From contig NZ_JADMKB010000114.1 in assembly GCF_018780075.1 (NCBI RefSeq), forward strand, positions 2,446 to 66,445: 64,000 nt of DNA. Direction: 5' to 3'. The notes under the pieces are model-generated. The model worked only from the letters and a program-made list of their open reading frames with translations, was not told the origin of the DNA and did not search any database. Position numbers and translations under genes: made by a program. Shown here one piece after another: positions 1 to 9,503 of this stretch; positions within the stretch are counted from its first letter, which is position 1; each line of letters starts with the position of its first letter. The DNA comes from Hydrogenophaga sp. Its GTDB lineage: Bacteria; Pseudomonadota; Gammaproteobacteria; Burkholderiales; Burkholderiaceae_C.

Positions 1-795
1 GAGCCGGTCGCGGTCCTGGACCGCCCATTGCATCGCCAGCAGCACCGCCAGCAGCACTGCCACCGACGCCAGCAGGGTGCGCATCAACGGCGAACGCCAG
101 AAGGCCTTGCGGCGCGCCTGACGGACAAAACCGGGCTCGGGCGCCACCGGGGTCGAGGGTTCCGCCGACACCACCCGGGGCGACGTGGCGGGCACCGGGA
201 TGGCCGCTGGAGCGGTCTCACTCACGGCAGCAACGGGCACCGCCAACGGTCTGGTGTCGGGCTCGTTGGACACCACCTGGCCCTTGGACGCACCACTGGC
301 GAACTGCTTGAGCTCATGCTCGAACTCGGGCGACAGTTTCAGCCCCTCGGGAGAGACTGGCGCCAACGGATCATCCGGGGCGTCCACCGGCTCGGACACA
401 GGGAGCATGGCCTTCGTGTCGGACGCAACGCGGCCGTCAAGGAACCCCTCCAGCGCCTTGAACTCGGCCGTCGTCCAGGCCTCGGCCGGGTCGGGCTCCG
501 AGCGCCAGGGATTGGGTTCCAGCAACCAGTCGCCCTCACCCTCCTCGTTCAAGGCGTGCGGCTGCACCATCGGAGCGGGGTCAGGCACCACTGAAGGTGT
601 GGGCACCGTGGACACCGGAGGAGCAGGCACCGATGCCGATGCCGTTACCGGAGTGGCCTCTCCCTCCAGGTACAAGGTGGCGTCGAACACATCGGCGCAA
701 TGACCACAACGCACCCAGCCGTCGGAAATCTTGAGCTGGTCGGGAACGACCTTGAACATCGTTCCGCAGGCCGGGCAGCGGGTGGTGTAACTCAT
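1..795 (-). CDS. Zinc-ribbon / DUF3426-type membrane protein; the 3' end runs off the window (partial)
   Basis: Not in the ORF track because there is no stop in the window. From ATG at 795 the reverse strand reads MSYTTRCPACGTMFKVVPDQLKISDGWVRCGHCADVF (CxxC...CxxC ribbon), then a Pro/Ala-rich linker, then a hydrophobic helix LLASVAVLLAVLLAM near position 1. The frame is open for all 265 codons. It lies directly downstream of prmA. Confidence 0.7.
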   Translation of the reverse strand, partial: MSYTTRCPACGTMFKVVPDQLKISDGWVRCGHCADVFDATLYLEGEATPVTASASVPAPPVSTVPTPSVVPDPAPMVQPHALNEEGEGDWLLEPNPWRSEPDPAEAWTTAEFKALEGFLDGRVASDTKAMLPVSEPVDAPDDPLAPVSPEGLKLSPEFEHELKQFASGASKGQVVSNEPDTRPLAVPVAAVSETAPAAIPVPATSPRVVSAEPSTPVAPEPGFVRQARRKAFWRSPLMRTLLASVAVLLAVLLAMQWAVQDRDRL

Positions 796-844
796 GCGCC
801 GATTATTGCAGGCGGCCCAGCGCGGTCCGCGCCCGCCCACCCGC

Positions 845-1774
845 TCAGGGCTTCTCGGCCGTCATCAGGATCCAGCCGTCCTCTTCGTCGCTGACCGAGA
901 GGGACACCCACGGCGCGTAGGCCTCTTTCAGCTCGTCGGCCTGGCGCGACAGGATGCCCGCCATCACCAAACGACCACCGGCGCGCACATGGTCACACAG
1001 CAACGGTGCGAGCACTTTGAGCGGTGTGGCCAGGATGTTGGCCAGCACGATGTCGAACTGCCCCTTGGCCTGATCGGGCAAGCCGGATTGCAGGCTCACA
1101 TGGTTGGCGCTGGCGTTGAGTCGCGTCGATTCCACAGCGGCCGGGTCGATGTCGACCGCCACGATGTCCGCCGCACCGAACTTGGCCGCGCCGATCGCCA
1201 GGATCCCCGAGCCACAACCGTAGTCCAGCACACGCTGGCCCTGGACGCCGTGTTGGGCGGTCCAGCGCAGGCACATGCGTGTGGTCGGATGGGTCCCGGT
1301 GCCAAACGCCAGCCCCGGATCCAGCCGGATCACCTCGCGCGCGGCGGCCGGCGGTTCGTGCCAGGTGGGCACGATCCAGAACGTGGGGGTGATCTCCACC
1401 GGATCGAACTGGGACTGGGTCAGGCGCACCCAGTCCTGCTCGGCCACGGCCTGCACACCCAGCACCTCGCAGCCTTCAAAAAAATCCTGAAACACCAGCA
1501 GCGCCGCGGCTTCGCGTGCACCGGCTTCGGAGGGGAACAGCGCCACCACACGCGAGCGGTTCCAGCCCGCCTTCGGCGCGGGCATGCCCGGCTCACCAAA
1601 CAGGGCCTGCTCGGACGGCGTCAGCGCATCGGCGTCTTCCACCGAGACGCTCAGGGCATCGAGCTCGACCAGCGCATCACTGACCGGCTCGACGCCGGCC
1701 TCGGGAACCAGCAGGACCAATTCAAAAAGAGACCCAGCGGACGGCTGGGTCTGGGAGGCAAGATCAGCGTTCAC
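845..1774 (-). CDS. prmA: Ribosomal protein L11 methyltransferase
   Basis: SAM motif [20 protein letters not shown], and position after accBC. The start is uncertain. I chose GTG 1774, which overlaps the accC end by 11 nt. The track start 1816 is also GTG and lies deeper inside accC. Confidence 0.85.
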   Translation of the reverse strand: MNADLASQTQPSAGSLFELVLLVPEAGVEPVSDALVELDALSVSVEDADALTPSEQALFGEPGMPAPKAGWNRSRVVALFPSEAGAREAAALLVFQDFFEGCEVLGVQAVAEQDWVRLTQSQFDPVEITPTFWIVPTWHEPPAAAREVIRLDPGLAFGTGTHPTTRMCLRWTAQHGVQGQRVLDYGCGSGILAIGAAKFGAADIVAVDIDPAAVESTRLNASANHVSLQSGLPDQAKGQFDIVLANILATPLKVLAPLLCDHVRAGGRLVMAGILSRQADELKEAYAPWVSLSVSDEEDGWILMTAEKP

Positions 1775-3113
1775 GTTGGGAGAGCCACTCTTCCAGGTAA
1801 TGGATGTTGGTGCCACCGGCCACGAAGCTGGCGTCCACCATCAGCTCGCGGTGCAGCGGGATGTTGGTCTTGATGCCCTCCACCACCGCCTCGGCCAGCG
1901 CCGTGCGCATGCGGGCCAAGGCCTGCTCGCGCGTGTCGCCGTGCACGATCAGCTTTCCGATCATGGAGTCGTAGTTGGGCGGCACGAAGTAGTTGGTGTA
2001 GGCATGCGAGTCCACACGCACCCCCGGGCCACCGGGCATGTGCCAGGTCGTGATGCGGCCGGGCGAAGGCGTGAACTTGTAGGCGTCTTCCGCGTTGATG
2101 CGGCACTCGATGGCGTGGCCGCGCAACTGCACCTGGCGCTGCGTGAACGGCAGCTTTTCGCCGGCGGCCACCGCGATCTGTGTGCGCACGATGTCCACAC
2201 CAGTGATCCACTCCGTCACCGGGTGCTCCACCTGCACGCGGGTGTTCATCTCGATGAAATAGAACTCGCCGTTCTCGAACAGGAACTCGAAAGTGCCCGC
2301 CCCGCGGTAGCCGATCTTCTTGCACGCCGCCGCGCAGCGCTCGCCGATCTTCTCGATCAGGCGGCGCGGAATGCCCGGCGCCGGCGCTTCTTCGATCACC
2401 TTTTGGTGGCGCCGCTGCATGGAGCAGTCGCGCTCGCCGAGGTACACCGCGTTGCGGTGCGTGTCGGCCATGATCTGGATCTCAATGTGGCGCGGGTTCT
2501 GGAGAAACTTCTCCATGTACACCTCGGGATTGCCAAAGGCAGCCCCGGCTTCGGCCTTGGTGGTCTGCACCGCGTGCAGCAGGGCCGCTTCGGTGTGCAC
2601 CACACGCATGCCGCGACCACCGCCACCACCCGCCGCCTTGATGATGACCGGGTAGCCGATCGTCTTGGCGGTGCGCTTGATCACCACCGGGTCGACCGGC
2701 AAAGCGCCTTCCGAGCCGGGCACGCAGGGCACGCCAGCACGGATCATGGCCTGCTTGGCCGAAACCTTGTCGCCCATCAGGCGGATCGACTCGGGCGTGG
2801 GGCCGATGAAGGTGAAGCCGCTTTGCTCCACGCGTTCGGCGAAGTCGGCGTTTTCGGACAGGAACCCGTAGCCAGGGTGAATCGCCTCGGCGTCCGTGAC
2901 TTCGGCGGCCGAGATGATGGCGGGCATGCTGAGGTAGCTCTGCGCCGACTGCGCCGGGCCAATGCAGACGGCCTCGTCCGCGAGCTTCACGTATTTGGCG
3001 TCGCGGTCGGCTTCGGAGTAGACCATGACGGCCTTGATGCCCATTTCGCGGCAGGCGCGTTGCACCCGGAGGGCAATCTCGCCGCGGTTGGCGATCAGGA
3101 TTTTCTTGAACAT
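1764..3113 (-). CDS. accC: Acetyl-CoA carboxylase biotin carboxylase subunit
   Basis: [26 protein letters not shown]... full-length ATP-grasp biotin carboxylase, 449 aa. Confidence 0.97.
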   Translation of the reverse strand: MFKKILIANRGEIALRVQRACREMGIKAVMVYSEADRDAKYVKLADEAVCIGPAQSAQSYLSMPAIISAAEVTDAEAIHPGYGFLSENADFAERVEQSGFTFIGPTPESIRLMGDKVSAKQAMIRAGVPCVPGSEGALPVDPVVIKRTAKTIGYPVIIKAAGGGGGRGMRVVHTEAALLHAVQTTKAEAGAAFGNPEVYMEKFLQNPRHIEIQIMADTHRNAVYLGERDCSMQRRHQKVIEEAPAPGIPRRLIEKIGERCAAACKKIGYRGAGTFEFLFENGEFYFIEMNTRVQVEHPVTEWITGVDIVRTQIAVAAGEKLPFTQRQVQLRGHAIECRINAEDAYKFTPSPGRITTWHMPGGPGVRVDSHAYTNYFVPPNYDSMIGKLIVHGDTREQALARMRTALAEAVVEGIKTNIPLHRELMVDASFVAGGTNIHYLEEWLSQRER

Positions 3114-3127
3114 GGGCGTTCGGTCGC

Positions 3128-3592
3128 TTATTCGATCACGTACAGCGGCTGGCCATACTCCACCGCCTGGCCGTTCTCCACCAGGATCTGGGTGACGGTG
3201 CCGCTCTTGTCGGCCTCGATCTCGTTGAGGATCTTCATCGCCTCGACGATGCAGATCGTTTCGCCTTCCTTGATGCTGTCACCAATTTCCACGAAGGGTT
3301 TCGCACCGGGGCTGGACGCGCGGTAGAACGTGCCGACCATGGGCGACTTGACGGTGTGACCCACCGGTCCGGCCGGTGCAGCGGCCACAGGAGCCGCATC
3401 AGCCGGCGCGGCAGCCACCAACGGGGCAGCGGGCGCGGCCACTGGGGCCATGGCGTAGGTGACCGGGGCGGCCATGCCCACGGGCGCGCTCTTCACGATG
3501 CGCACTTTGCCTTCCGCTTCGGTGATTTCCAGCTCGGACACGTTCGATTCGGACACCAGATCGATCAGCGTCTTCAGTTTTCTCAAATCCAT
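3128..3592 (-). CDS. accB: Biotin carboxyl carrier protein
   Basis: Ala/Pro-rich linker and C-terminal biotinyl domain with [19 protein letters not shown] lies upstream of the ATG. Confidence 0.95.
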   Translation of the reverse strand: MDLRKLKTLIDLVSESNVSELEITEAEGKVRIVKSAPVGMAAPVTYAMAPVAAPAAPLVAAAPADAAPVAAAPAGPVGHTVKSPMVGTFYRASSPGAKPFVEIGDSIKEGETICIVEAMKILNEIEADKSGTVTQILVENGQAVEYGQPLYVIE

Positions 3593-3848
3593 GATTTCTC
3601 CAACGAAATGCGGTCAAATTGATTCAACTTCACTCAATTTCATTGAAATCAAGGCTGAACAATCCGCCGGGGTGCGCAGTGTACACGAGGGTTGCGCCGG
3701 GTGGCGCGCCGTTCATCACCCTCGGCCACCCACGTTCGGCGGGCCATTGGAGCAACACACGGACACAAGTTGAAAGAACTTTAACCGCTTTTCAACGCGG
3801 TTCACCACCCCAAACGAGCATGTCAACGGCCTCGCCGACCGTTGCCTC

Positions 3849-4370
3849 TCAGACCAGCCCCGCCCACAGCGAGAGGTCCGACCCGCTCAGCTTGCCCAGC
3901 TTGCGGTGCATCACGGCACCATCGGCACCGAACACCACGGTGAACGGCAGCCCCCCACTGGCATTGCCCAGACTGCGACCCAACTCGGTGCCCGCCAGCC
4001 CGGCCAAGGCGACGGGGAAATCCAGGGGCAAACGCTGAAGAAAGCTGCGCACGGGCGTCGCCTGATCCACCGCCAGACCCAGCACCTGCCAGCCGGCCGG
4101 GGCGTTGGCGCGGTAGAAGGCATTGACCATGGGCAGCTCTTCGACACACGGCGGGCACCAGGTGGCCCAGAAATTCACGAGCAGGGGCCGGCCCAGAAAC
4201 CGTTTCAATGCGACGGTGTCGCCCTGCAAGCCCGGCAACTCCGTGGCCCAGAAAGCCGCCTCCGCGCCCGACAGGGGTTCGCCCGGCCGCAGGCGCCACC
4301 AGGCGACGCCCGCACCGGCGGCCATGGCACCGGCCGCCACCCCGCTCATCCAGAGGCGCCGTTGCATCAT
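3849..4370 (-). CDS. TlpA/ResA-family thiol:disulfide oxidoreductase (membrane anchored)
   Basis: WCPPC thioredoxin motif (NFWATWCPPCVEE) and an N-terminal hydrophobic anchor. The internal ATGATG at 4370 is used as start. It forms an ATGA overlap with the stop of the upstream gene at 4367. Confidence 0.8.
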   Translation of the reverse strand: MMQRRLWMSGVAAGAMAAGAGVAWWRLRPGEPLSGAEAAFWATELPGLQGDTVALKRFLGRPLLVNFWATWCPPCVEELPMVNAFYRANAPAGWQVLGLAVDQATPVRSFLQRLPLDFPVALAGLAGTELGRSLGNASGGLPFTVVFGADGAVMHRKLGKLSGSDLSLWAGLV

Positions 4371-4987
4371 GCGGCGTGCCCCTGCCCAGCCGTCGCCGAC
4401 AAGAGCGCCCTCAAGCCGTTCGCGTCGCCGCGCGGACGCCGGCCCTGGGCGTCCGGCTTGAGCGCCCCCCGCACATCGTCGCGGTCCTGCACCAGCAGGT
4501 GCACCAGCGCCCACTGCCCCAGGGCCTCGCACCGGCATCGCACGGTCAGGGCATCCACGGGCTCTCCCTTCCAGCCGTTGACCGAGCCAGGGTGGTACTC
4601 CACCCCATGGTCCAGCAAGGTCCATTCGGCGGACTTGGCATCGTCGCAATACAGCTGAATGTAGATGTCGCTGTGCCGCGTGGCGGTGCCGTGCCAAACC
4701 GCCCCGCCCACATGGGGGCGAAACACGGCAAGCCGCTCCATCCAGACCAAGGCCAGCTCGCGCAGGGCCTGCAACTCCGCGGGCTGGGTGTCGGCGCAGA
4801 ACAGGTGAATGTATTCACGCACAGCGGCGTCCATCGCGGCGTTGTCGGGCCAGGGCGCACGCGTGGACAAGCCCATTTGTTTGCCCGCACGCCGCTTGGC
4901 CGCGGCGTACTCCAGTCCCTCTTCCACCACGAAGCGCGCCGCCACGGCGGCGATCTCGTCGGTCTGATCTGCTCGAAACACGTCCAT
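4367..4987 (-). CDS. Hypothetical protein (206 aa), translationally coupled to the TlpA-like gene
   Basis: Protein-like composition (MDVFRADQTDEIAAVAARFVVEEGLEYAAAKRRAG...). It is divergent from mpl. I recognise no family motif. Confidence 0.6.
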   Translation of the reverse strand: MDVFRADQTDEIAAVAARFVVEEGLEYAAAKRRAGKQMGLSTRAPWPDNAAMDAAVREYIHLFCADTQPAELQALRELALVWMERLAVFRPHVGGAVWHGTATRHSDIYIQLYCDDAKSAEWTLLDHGVEYHPGSVNGWKGEPVDALTVRCRCEALGQWALVHLLVQDRDDVRGALKPDAQGRRPRGDANGLRALLSATAGQGHAA

Positions 4988-5079
4988 GCCGCGATTGTGC
5001 CTCGCGGGCGGCCCCAGGGCGCTCTGGCGTGCCCCTGCCCCCTCAGGGGCCAGGGCCAGGCCCCGCCTAAAATCGCCGC

Positions 5080-6546
5080 ATGCATATACACATCCTGGGC
5101 ATTTGCGGCACTTTCATGGGCGGCCTGGCCGCGCTCGCCCGCGAAGCGGGCCACCGCGTGACCGGCTGCGACGCCGGGGTCTATCCGCCCATGAGCGACC
5201 AGCTGCGGGCGCTCGGCATCGACCTGATCGAGGGTTTTGCCGCCGACCAGATGGACCTTCAACCCGACATGTACGTGGTGGGCAACGTGGTCAGCCGCGC
5301 CCGCCTGTCCGATGGCACGCCGAAGTTCCCCCTCATGGAAGCCATCCTGGAGGCGGGCGCGCCCTACACCAGCGGCCCGCAGTGGCTGGCCGAACACGTG
5401 CTGCACGGACGGCACGTGCTGGCGGTGGCCGGCACCCACGGCAAAACCACCACCACCGCCATGCTGGCCTGGGTGCTGGAATCGGCCGGCCTGCAACCGG
5501 GCTTTCTCGTGGGCGGCGTGCCGATGAATTTTGGCGTGTCGGCAAGACTTGGCGCCCCCACGCGCCCCGCTTCGCGGGGTTCGCTGCCCCCCGAGGGGGC
5601 TGTTTCGCCTTGGGGCGGCCCGGCGGCGAAACAGGCGACGGCGCCTGTGTTCGTGATTGAAGCCGACGAATACGACACCGCATTCTTCGACAAGCGCAGC
5701 AAGTTCGTGCACTACCGCCCTCGCACAGCGGTGTTGAACAACCTGGAGTTCGACCACGCCGACATCTTCGACAACCTGGCGGCCATCGAACGGCAGTTTC
5801 ACCACCTGCTGCGCACCGTGCCACCCACGGGGCGGGTCGTCGTCAACGGCCTGGAAGAGAGCCTGGACCGGGTGCTGCACCAAGGCGTCTGGAGCGAGGT
5901 GCGCAGCTTTGGCGCGGCGGTCAGCGACTTCACCGCCCTGGGCGAGCCCCACGCATTCGACGTGCTGGAGCGCGGCCAGCGGGTCGCCCGGGTGGAGTGG
6001 GCGCTCACCGGCGTGCACAACCAGCTCAACGCCTTGGCGGCGATCGCGGCGGCCCAACACGTGGGCGTGGCGCCCGCCGATGCCGCTGCGGCGCTGGGCG
6101 GGTTCGTGAACGTGCGGCGCCGCATGGAGGTGCGTGGCACCGCGGTGCGCGACGGGTTGCCGATCACGGTGTACGACGATTTCGCCCACCACCCCACGGC
6201 GATCCGCACCACGCTCGACGGCCTGCGGCGCCGGCTCGGGGCTTCGGGCGGGCGCATCCTGGCGGTGTTCGAACCGCGCAGCAACACCATGAAGCTGGGC
6301 ACGATGAAATCGCAGCTGCCCTGGAGCCTGGAAGCGGCCGACTTGGCGTTCTGTCACGCCGGCGGGCTCGACTGGGACGCTGCGGACGCGCTGCTGCCCA
6401 TGGGAGAAAAATCAAATGTCGCCCAAACCATCGACGAGCTGGTGGGCCAGGTGGTGTCGGCCGCGCGCGGCGGCGATCACATCGTCTGCATGAGCAACGG
6501 CGGCTTCGGCGGGGTGCACGCCCGCCTGCTGACGGCGTTGCGCTGA
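5080..6546 (+). CDS. mpl: UDP-N-acetylmuramate:L-alanyl-gamma-D-glutamyl-meso-diaminopimelate ligase
   Basis: MHIHILGICGTFMGGLAALA..., P-loop GTHGKTTT, and EADEYDTAFFDKRSKF typical of Mpl. It carries a 31-codon repeat-derived insertion (next feature). Confidence 0.93.
   Translation: MHIHILGICGTFMGGLAALAREAGHRVTGCDAGVYPPMSDQLRALGIDLIEGFAADQMDLQPDMYVVGNVVSRARLSDGTPKFPLMEAILEAGAPYTSGPQWLAEHVLHGRHVLAVAGTHGKTTTTAMLAWVLESAGLQPGFLVGGVPMNFGVSARLGAPTRPASRGSLPPEGAVSPWGGPAAKQATAPVFVIEADEYDTAFFDKRSKFVHYRPRTAVLNNLEFDHADIFDNLAAIERQFHHLLRTVPPTGRVVVNGLEESLDRVLHQGVWSEVRSFGAAVSDFTALGEPHAFDVLERGQRVARVEWALTGVHNQLNALAAIAAAQHVGVAPADAAAALGGFVNVRRRMEVRGTAVRDGLPITVYDDFAHHPTAIRTTLDGLRRRLGASGGRILAVFEPRSNTMKLGTMKSQLPWSLEAADLAFCHAGGLDWDAADALLPMGEKSNVAQTIDELVGQVVSAARGGDHIVCMSNGGFGGVHARLLTALR
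5554..5646 (+). repeat. REP-like three-hairpin repeat, variant 2, inserted in frame inside mpl
   Basis: GCCCCCACGCGCCCCGCttcGCGGGGttcgctgCCCCCCgaGGGGGCTGTTTCGCCttggggcggcccggcGGCGAAACAG. It is near-identical in its core to the intergenic copy at 43526-43612. It encodes APTRPASRGSLPPEGAVSPWGGPAAKQATAP between ARLG and VFVIEADEYD. Confidence 0.75.
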
Positions 6547-6556
6547 CGCGCTGGGG

Positions 6557-6877
6557 TCAGTAACCCAGCGACATCGTCGCCAGATCCACCACCACCACCG
6601 GCTTGGCCAGCGCCGCGCTGGCGGCACGGGCAAAACCCATGGCCCATTCGCGATGGGCGGGCTCGCGGAAGTGATCCTGGCCCACCGCCTGCGCGACCGC
6701 CAGAATCTTGTCGGCGGTCAGCACCTTGCCGGTCAGGCGGATGGGCTCGCAGTCCAGCGCGGTGAACTGTTCATCCAGCCAGGCCCGGGCCTGGTCGTGC
6801 GGCATGGGCTGGACCTCGTCGAGATCAAAACGGTGGGTGGATGACTCACCCCAGGTCACGGTGACTTGACTGCGCAT
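6557..6877 (-). CDS. Hypothetical protein (106 aa)
   Basis: ATG 6877 is preceded by AAGGAG with a 7-nt spacer. Composition is protein-like. No recognisable motif. Confidence 0.6.
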   Translation of the reverse strand: MRSQVTVTWGESSTHRFDLDEVQPMPHDQARAWLDEQFTALDCEPIRLTGKVLTADKILAVAQAVGQDHFREPAHREWAMGFARAASAALAKPVVVVDLATMSLGY

Positions 6878-6962
6878 TTGGAAACTCCTTGGACACGGCG
6901 TGATATCGGTATCACGGACAACAAGATCGAAGGTGCGGAAACACCGCGGCGGAGGGACGGCT

Positions 6963-8090
6963 TCAGGGCCCGCGAACACTGTCCAGCCCGGTTTTGCCGG
7001 TGGACACGCGCAAGGGCGAATGCACCGCCTCGCGCAAGATGCTGGAGGGACCCATCATTTCCGATTGTCCGTGGTGGGTTTGCAGTTCGGATTCGCGGTC
7101 GGCCTGGTCAAACTGCAGGGCCACCATGGCACGGCGGGTTTCTGTTTCGGCCCGACGCGCACTGTCGGGGTCGGTGGTCAGCCCCCCCGCATGGTAGAGC
7201 GCGCCAATGTGGCGTGCCAGTTCGTGTTCGGGCCAGCCGGTGCGCTCCAGCAACTGGGAGACAGTGGCCGGACGGGCAATGAGTTCGCGCATCAGGGAGA
7301 GGTGAATCTCGTCAAACCAATGCGCGGGCAGGCGCGGCACCCGCCGCAGGTACAGGCGCTGCTCGCGGTATCGCCCCGGCAGCACGTCGCGCCGGGTGCG
7401 CACCGCGTAGGTCCACATCACACGGTGCAACGGCAAACGGATGAACGAGGGCGGGACGTCTTTGGACAAGGAGGGCCCATGCACCCACTCGGCCATCGAC
7501 AGGTCGACCGGACGGGCGGGAATCAGCAACGCGGCCTGCCAGCGCTGGATGTCGATCACGGCGAGCAGCTTGCCGGAAAGGGTCACGTGCACCACGCCCC
7601 CCGAACGGTAGTCGCCCAGCCGCTCCAACAGTTGCGCCCCTAAGGCGAACTGGCTGCGCAGCGGTCGCAACCAGCCCTCGAAGCGCTGCAGCCGCTGGCG
7701 CACACTGGTTTCGCTGTCGGCCTCGAAAAACTCAGCCGACGCAAAACCTTCAGGCAGCGGTGCCGCAAAAGCCAGCGGACGGTCCACCTCGGCGCGGTTG
7801 AGCGTCAGGCGTTCGTCGCTGCCGTGCGGATGGCGGATCACCACCTCGTCGCGCCCCAGCACCTCCACCGCGTCACCGGCGATCATCCAGGCGTCGGCCA
7901 GGTGTGGGTCGCAGGTGCGCCACTCGGGCCACCCGGCGGGCGCCTGGGCCGCCCAGGCCTGGAGGCGCACGCCCACCGACTCGGAAAAACCCAACAGACC
8001 CAAACCCAGAACTGGCTGCTCCACACTGACTCCCAATGGCAACGCGTCAGCGCACTGGACTGCAACCCACGCAGCCTGGCGCCCATCCAT
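6963..8090 (-). CDS. Hypothetical protein (375 aa)
   Basis: Long ORF with diverse, non-Arg/Gly-biased composition. Both opposite-strand ORFs look spurious. A possible helix-turn-helix-like stretch (ATVSQLLERTGWPEHELARHIGAL) lies near the C-terminus. There is no clear SD at ATG 8090, so the start is uncertain. Confidence 0.6.
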   Translation of the reverse strand: MDGRQAAWVAVQCADALPLGVSVEQPVLGLGLLGFSESVGVRLQAWAAQAPAGWPEWRTCDPHLADAWMIAGDAVEVLGRDEVVIRHPHGSDERLTLNRAEVDRPLAFAAPLPEGFASAEFFEADSETSVRQRLQRFEGWLRPLRSQFALGAQLLERLGDYRSGGVVHVTLSGKLLAVIDIQRWQAALLIPARPVDLSMAEWVHGPSLSKDVPPSFIRLPLHRVMWTYAVRTRRDVLPGRYREQRLYLRRVPRLPAHWFDEIHLSLMRELIARPATVSQLLERTGWPEHELARHIGALYHAGGLTTDPDSARRAETETRRAMVALQFDQADRESELQTHHGQSEMMGPSSILREAVHSPLRVSTGKTGLDSVRGP

Positions 8091-8172
8091 TAGAACATCG
8101 GCATCCGGGCCGGAATATCAAGCGCGGGGCACACGTCGCCCCGACGTCCGCCCAGCCCTCCCCCCGGCCCGG

Positions 8173-9303
8173 TCAGCGCCCCGCTCGCGAACGCTGCACC
8201 GCCTGCGACAGCACCTCCAGCGCCTGCACCGAATCGCCCCAGCCCAGACAGGCATCGGTGATGCTCTGACCGTAGGCCAGCTTGTTCACATCGTCCTTGC
8301 CGGGCGTGAATTTTTGCGCGCCGGCCTCGATGTGGCTTTCAATCATCACGCCGAACACGCTCTTCGAGCCGCCTTCGATCTGGCCCGCGATGTCGCGCGC
8401 CACATCGAGCTGCTTCTCGTGCTGCTTGCTGCTGTTGGCGTGGCTGCAGTCCACCATCAGGCGCGGCGTGAGCTTGGCGACCTCCAGATCCTTGACCGCG
8501 GCCGCCACATGGGTGGCGTCGTAGTTCGGCGCCTTGCCGCCGCGCAGAATGACGTGGCAGTCCTTGTTGCCATTGGTCTGCACGATGGCGACCTGGCCGT
8601 TCTTGTGCACCGACAGGAAATGGTGCCCGCGCGCGGCCGCCTGGATGGCGTCGGTCGCGATGCGGATGTTGCCATCGGTGCCGTTCTTGAAACCGATCGG
8701 CGCCGACAGCCCCGAGGCCAGCTCGCGGTGCACCTGGCTCTCGGTCGTGCGCGCACCGATGGCGCCCCAGGCGATCAGGTCGCCAATGTATTGCGGCGAG
8801 ATCACGTCCAGGAACTCGCTGCCGGCCGGCAAGCCGATGCGGTTGATGTCGATCAGCAACTGGCGCGCGATGCGCAGGCCTTCGTCGATGCGGTAGCTCT
8901 CGTCCAGGTAGGGGTCGTTGATCAGGCCCTTCCAGCCCACCGTGGTGCGCGGCTTTTCGAAGTAGACACGCATCACGATCTCGAGCGTGTCGGCGTACTG
9001 GTCACGCAGCGGCTTGAGGCGGCGCGCGTAGTCCAGCGCAGCGGCCGGGTCGTGGATCGAGCACGGACCGATGACCACCAGCAGGCGGTCGTCCTTGCCG
9101 CGCAAGATGTTGTGGATGGCTTGGCGGGTCTGGCTGATGAGGCCTTCCACCGGCGTGCCGCCGATGGGAAAGAAGCGGATCAGGTGTTCGGGAGGCGGGA
9201 GCACGGTGATGTCCTTGATGCGTTCGTCGTCGGTCTGGCTGGTTTTATCGACAGAACGTGCATGCCAGGCATCGGCGCTGACGGGGGTGGCTTTGGCGGT
9301 CAT
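8173..9303 (-). CDS. aroG: Class I (AroG/F/H-type) 3-deoxy-7-phosphoheptulonate (DAHP) synthase
   Basis: IVMRVYFEKPRTTVGWKGLINDP, GFKNGTDG, CSHANSSKQ. ATG 9303 is preceded by GAGGAG. Isozyme specificity cannot be read from the sequence. Confidence 0.93.
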   Translation of the reverse strand: MTAKATPVSADAWHARSVDKTSQTDDERIKDITVLPPPEHLIRFFPIGGTPVEGLISQTRQAIHNILRGKDDRLLVVIGPCSIHDPAAALDYARRLKPLRDQYADTLEIVMRVYFEKPRTTVGWKGLINDPYLDESYRIDEGLRIARQLLIDINRIGLPAGSEFLDVISPQYIGDLIAWGAIGARTTESQVHRELASGLSAPIGFKNGTDGNIRIATDAIQAAARGHHFLSVHKNGQVAIVQTNGNKDCHVILRGGKAPNYDATHVAAAVKDLEVAKLTPRLMVDCSHANSSKQHEKQLDVARDIAGQIEGGSKSVFGVMIESHIEAGAQKFTPGKDDVNKLAYGQSITDACLGWGDSVQALEVLSQAVQRSRAGR

Positions 9304-9340
9304 CACGGAACTCCTCGGGTTGGCAAAAAAGAAGGTGGCA

Positions 9341-9376
9341 AAAAAAAAACCGCCGGGCGTCGGGCCCGGCGGTTTT
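9341..9376 (-). terminator. Intrinsic terminator (arm 3:4 of the attenuator)
   Basis: ACCGCCGGGC (9373-9364) pairs with GCCCGGCGGT (9358-9349), a 10-bp G/C-rich stem with a 5-nt loop, followed by T10 on the minus strand. It lies 38 nt upstream of the aroG ATG. Confidence 0.85.
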
Positions 9377-9398
9377 GGGAGGTTCGGTTGCGTTGCGC

Positions 9399-9503
9399 TT
9401 ACACCGTGGCCTCTCGTCCGCCGGGGACTGAGAACCAAAAATAAAAGCCAAAAAAGATGGCGGAGCGCGTTGGCATAGAGGCGCAATGTAGCACAGGGGC
9501 CAT
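9399..9503 (-). CDS. Putative aromatic-amino-acid leader peptide (34 aa)
   Basis: MAPVLHCASMPTRSAIFFGFYFWFSVPGGREATV*. SD AAGGTG (9515-9510) lies 6 nt upstream of ATG 9503 and overlaps the chrA stop codon. Too short for the ORF track. Confidence 0.6.
   Translation of the reverse strand: MAPVLHCASMPTRSAIFFGFYFWFSVPGGREATV

Noticed and set aside
185-703. 172-aa plus-strand ORF (and 28-594) at the left edge.
   Set aside because: The composition is Ser/Gly/Thr/Ala low-complexity. The opposite strand carries an uninterrupted frame with a zinc-ribbon start (MSYTTRCPACG...) typical of the gene that follows prmA.
3593-3848. Hairpins downstream of the TlpA-like gene (CAACGG-N9-CCGTTG and AACCGC-N8-GCGGTT) and the AT-rich stretch upstream of accB.
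   Set aside because: The stems are short (6 bp) without a clear T-tract, and no hexamer pair with proper spacing could be defined. Left uncalled.
5068-5082. TAAAAT hexamer ending 6 nt upstream of the mpl ATG, suggesting a leaderless mRNA.
   Set aside because: There is no recognisable -35 at 16-18 bp, and a single hexamer is weak evidence. Not called as a promoter.
9311-9352. In-frame FFFATFFFA just upstream of the aroG ATG, reminiscent of the pheL leader peptide.
   Set aside because: These Phe codons are simply the T10 tract of the terminator plus a second T-run read in the aroG frame. There is no start or stop codon defining a peptide here, and they lie downstream of the terminator stem. 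The real leader candidate is the separate 34-codon ORF at 9503-9399.
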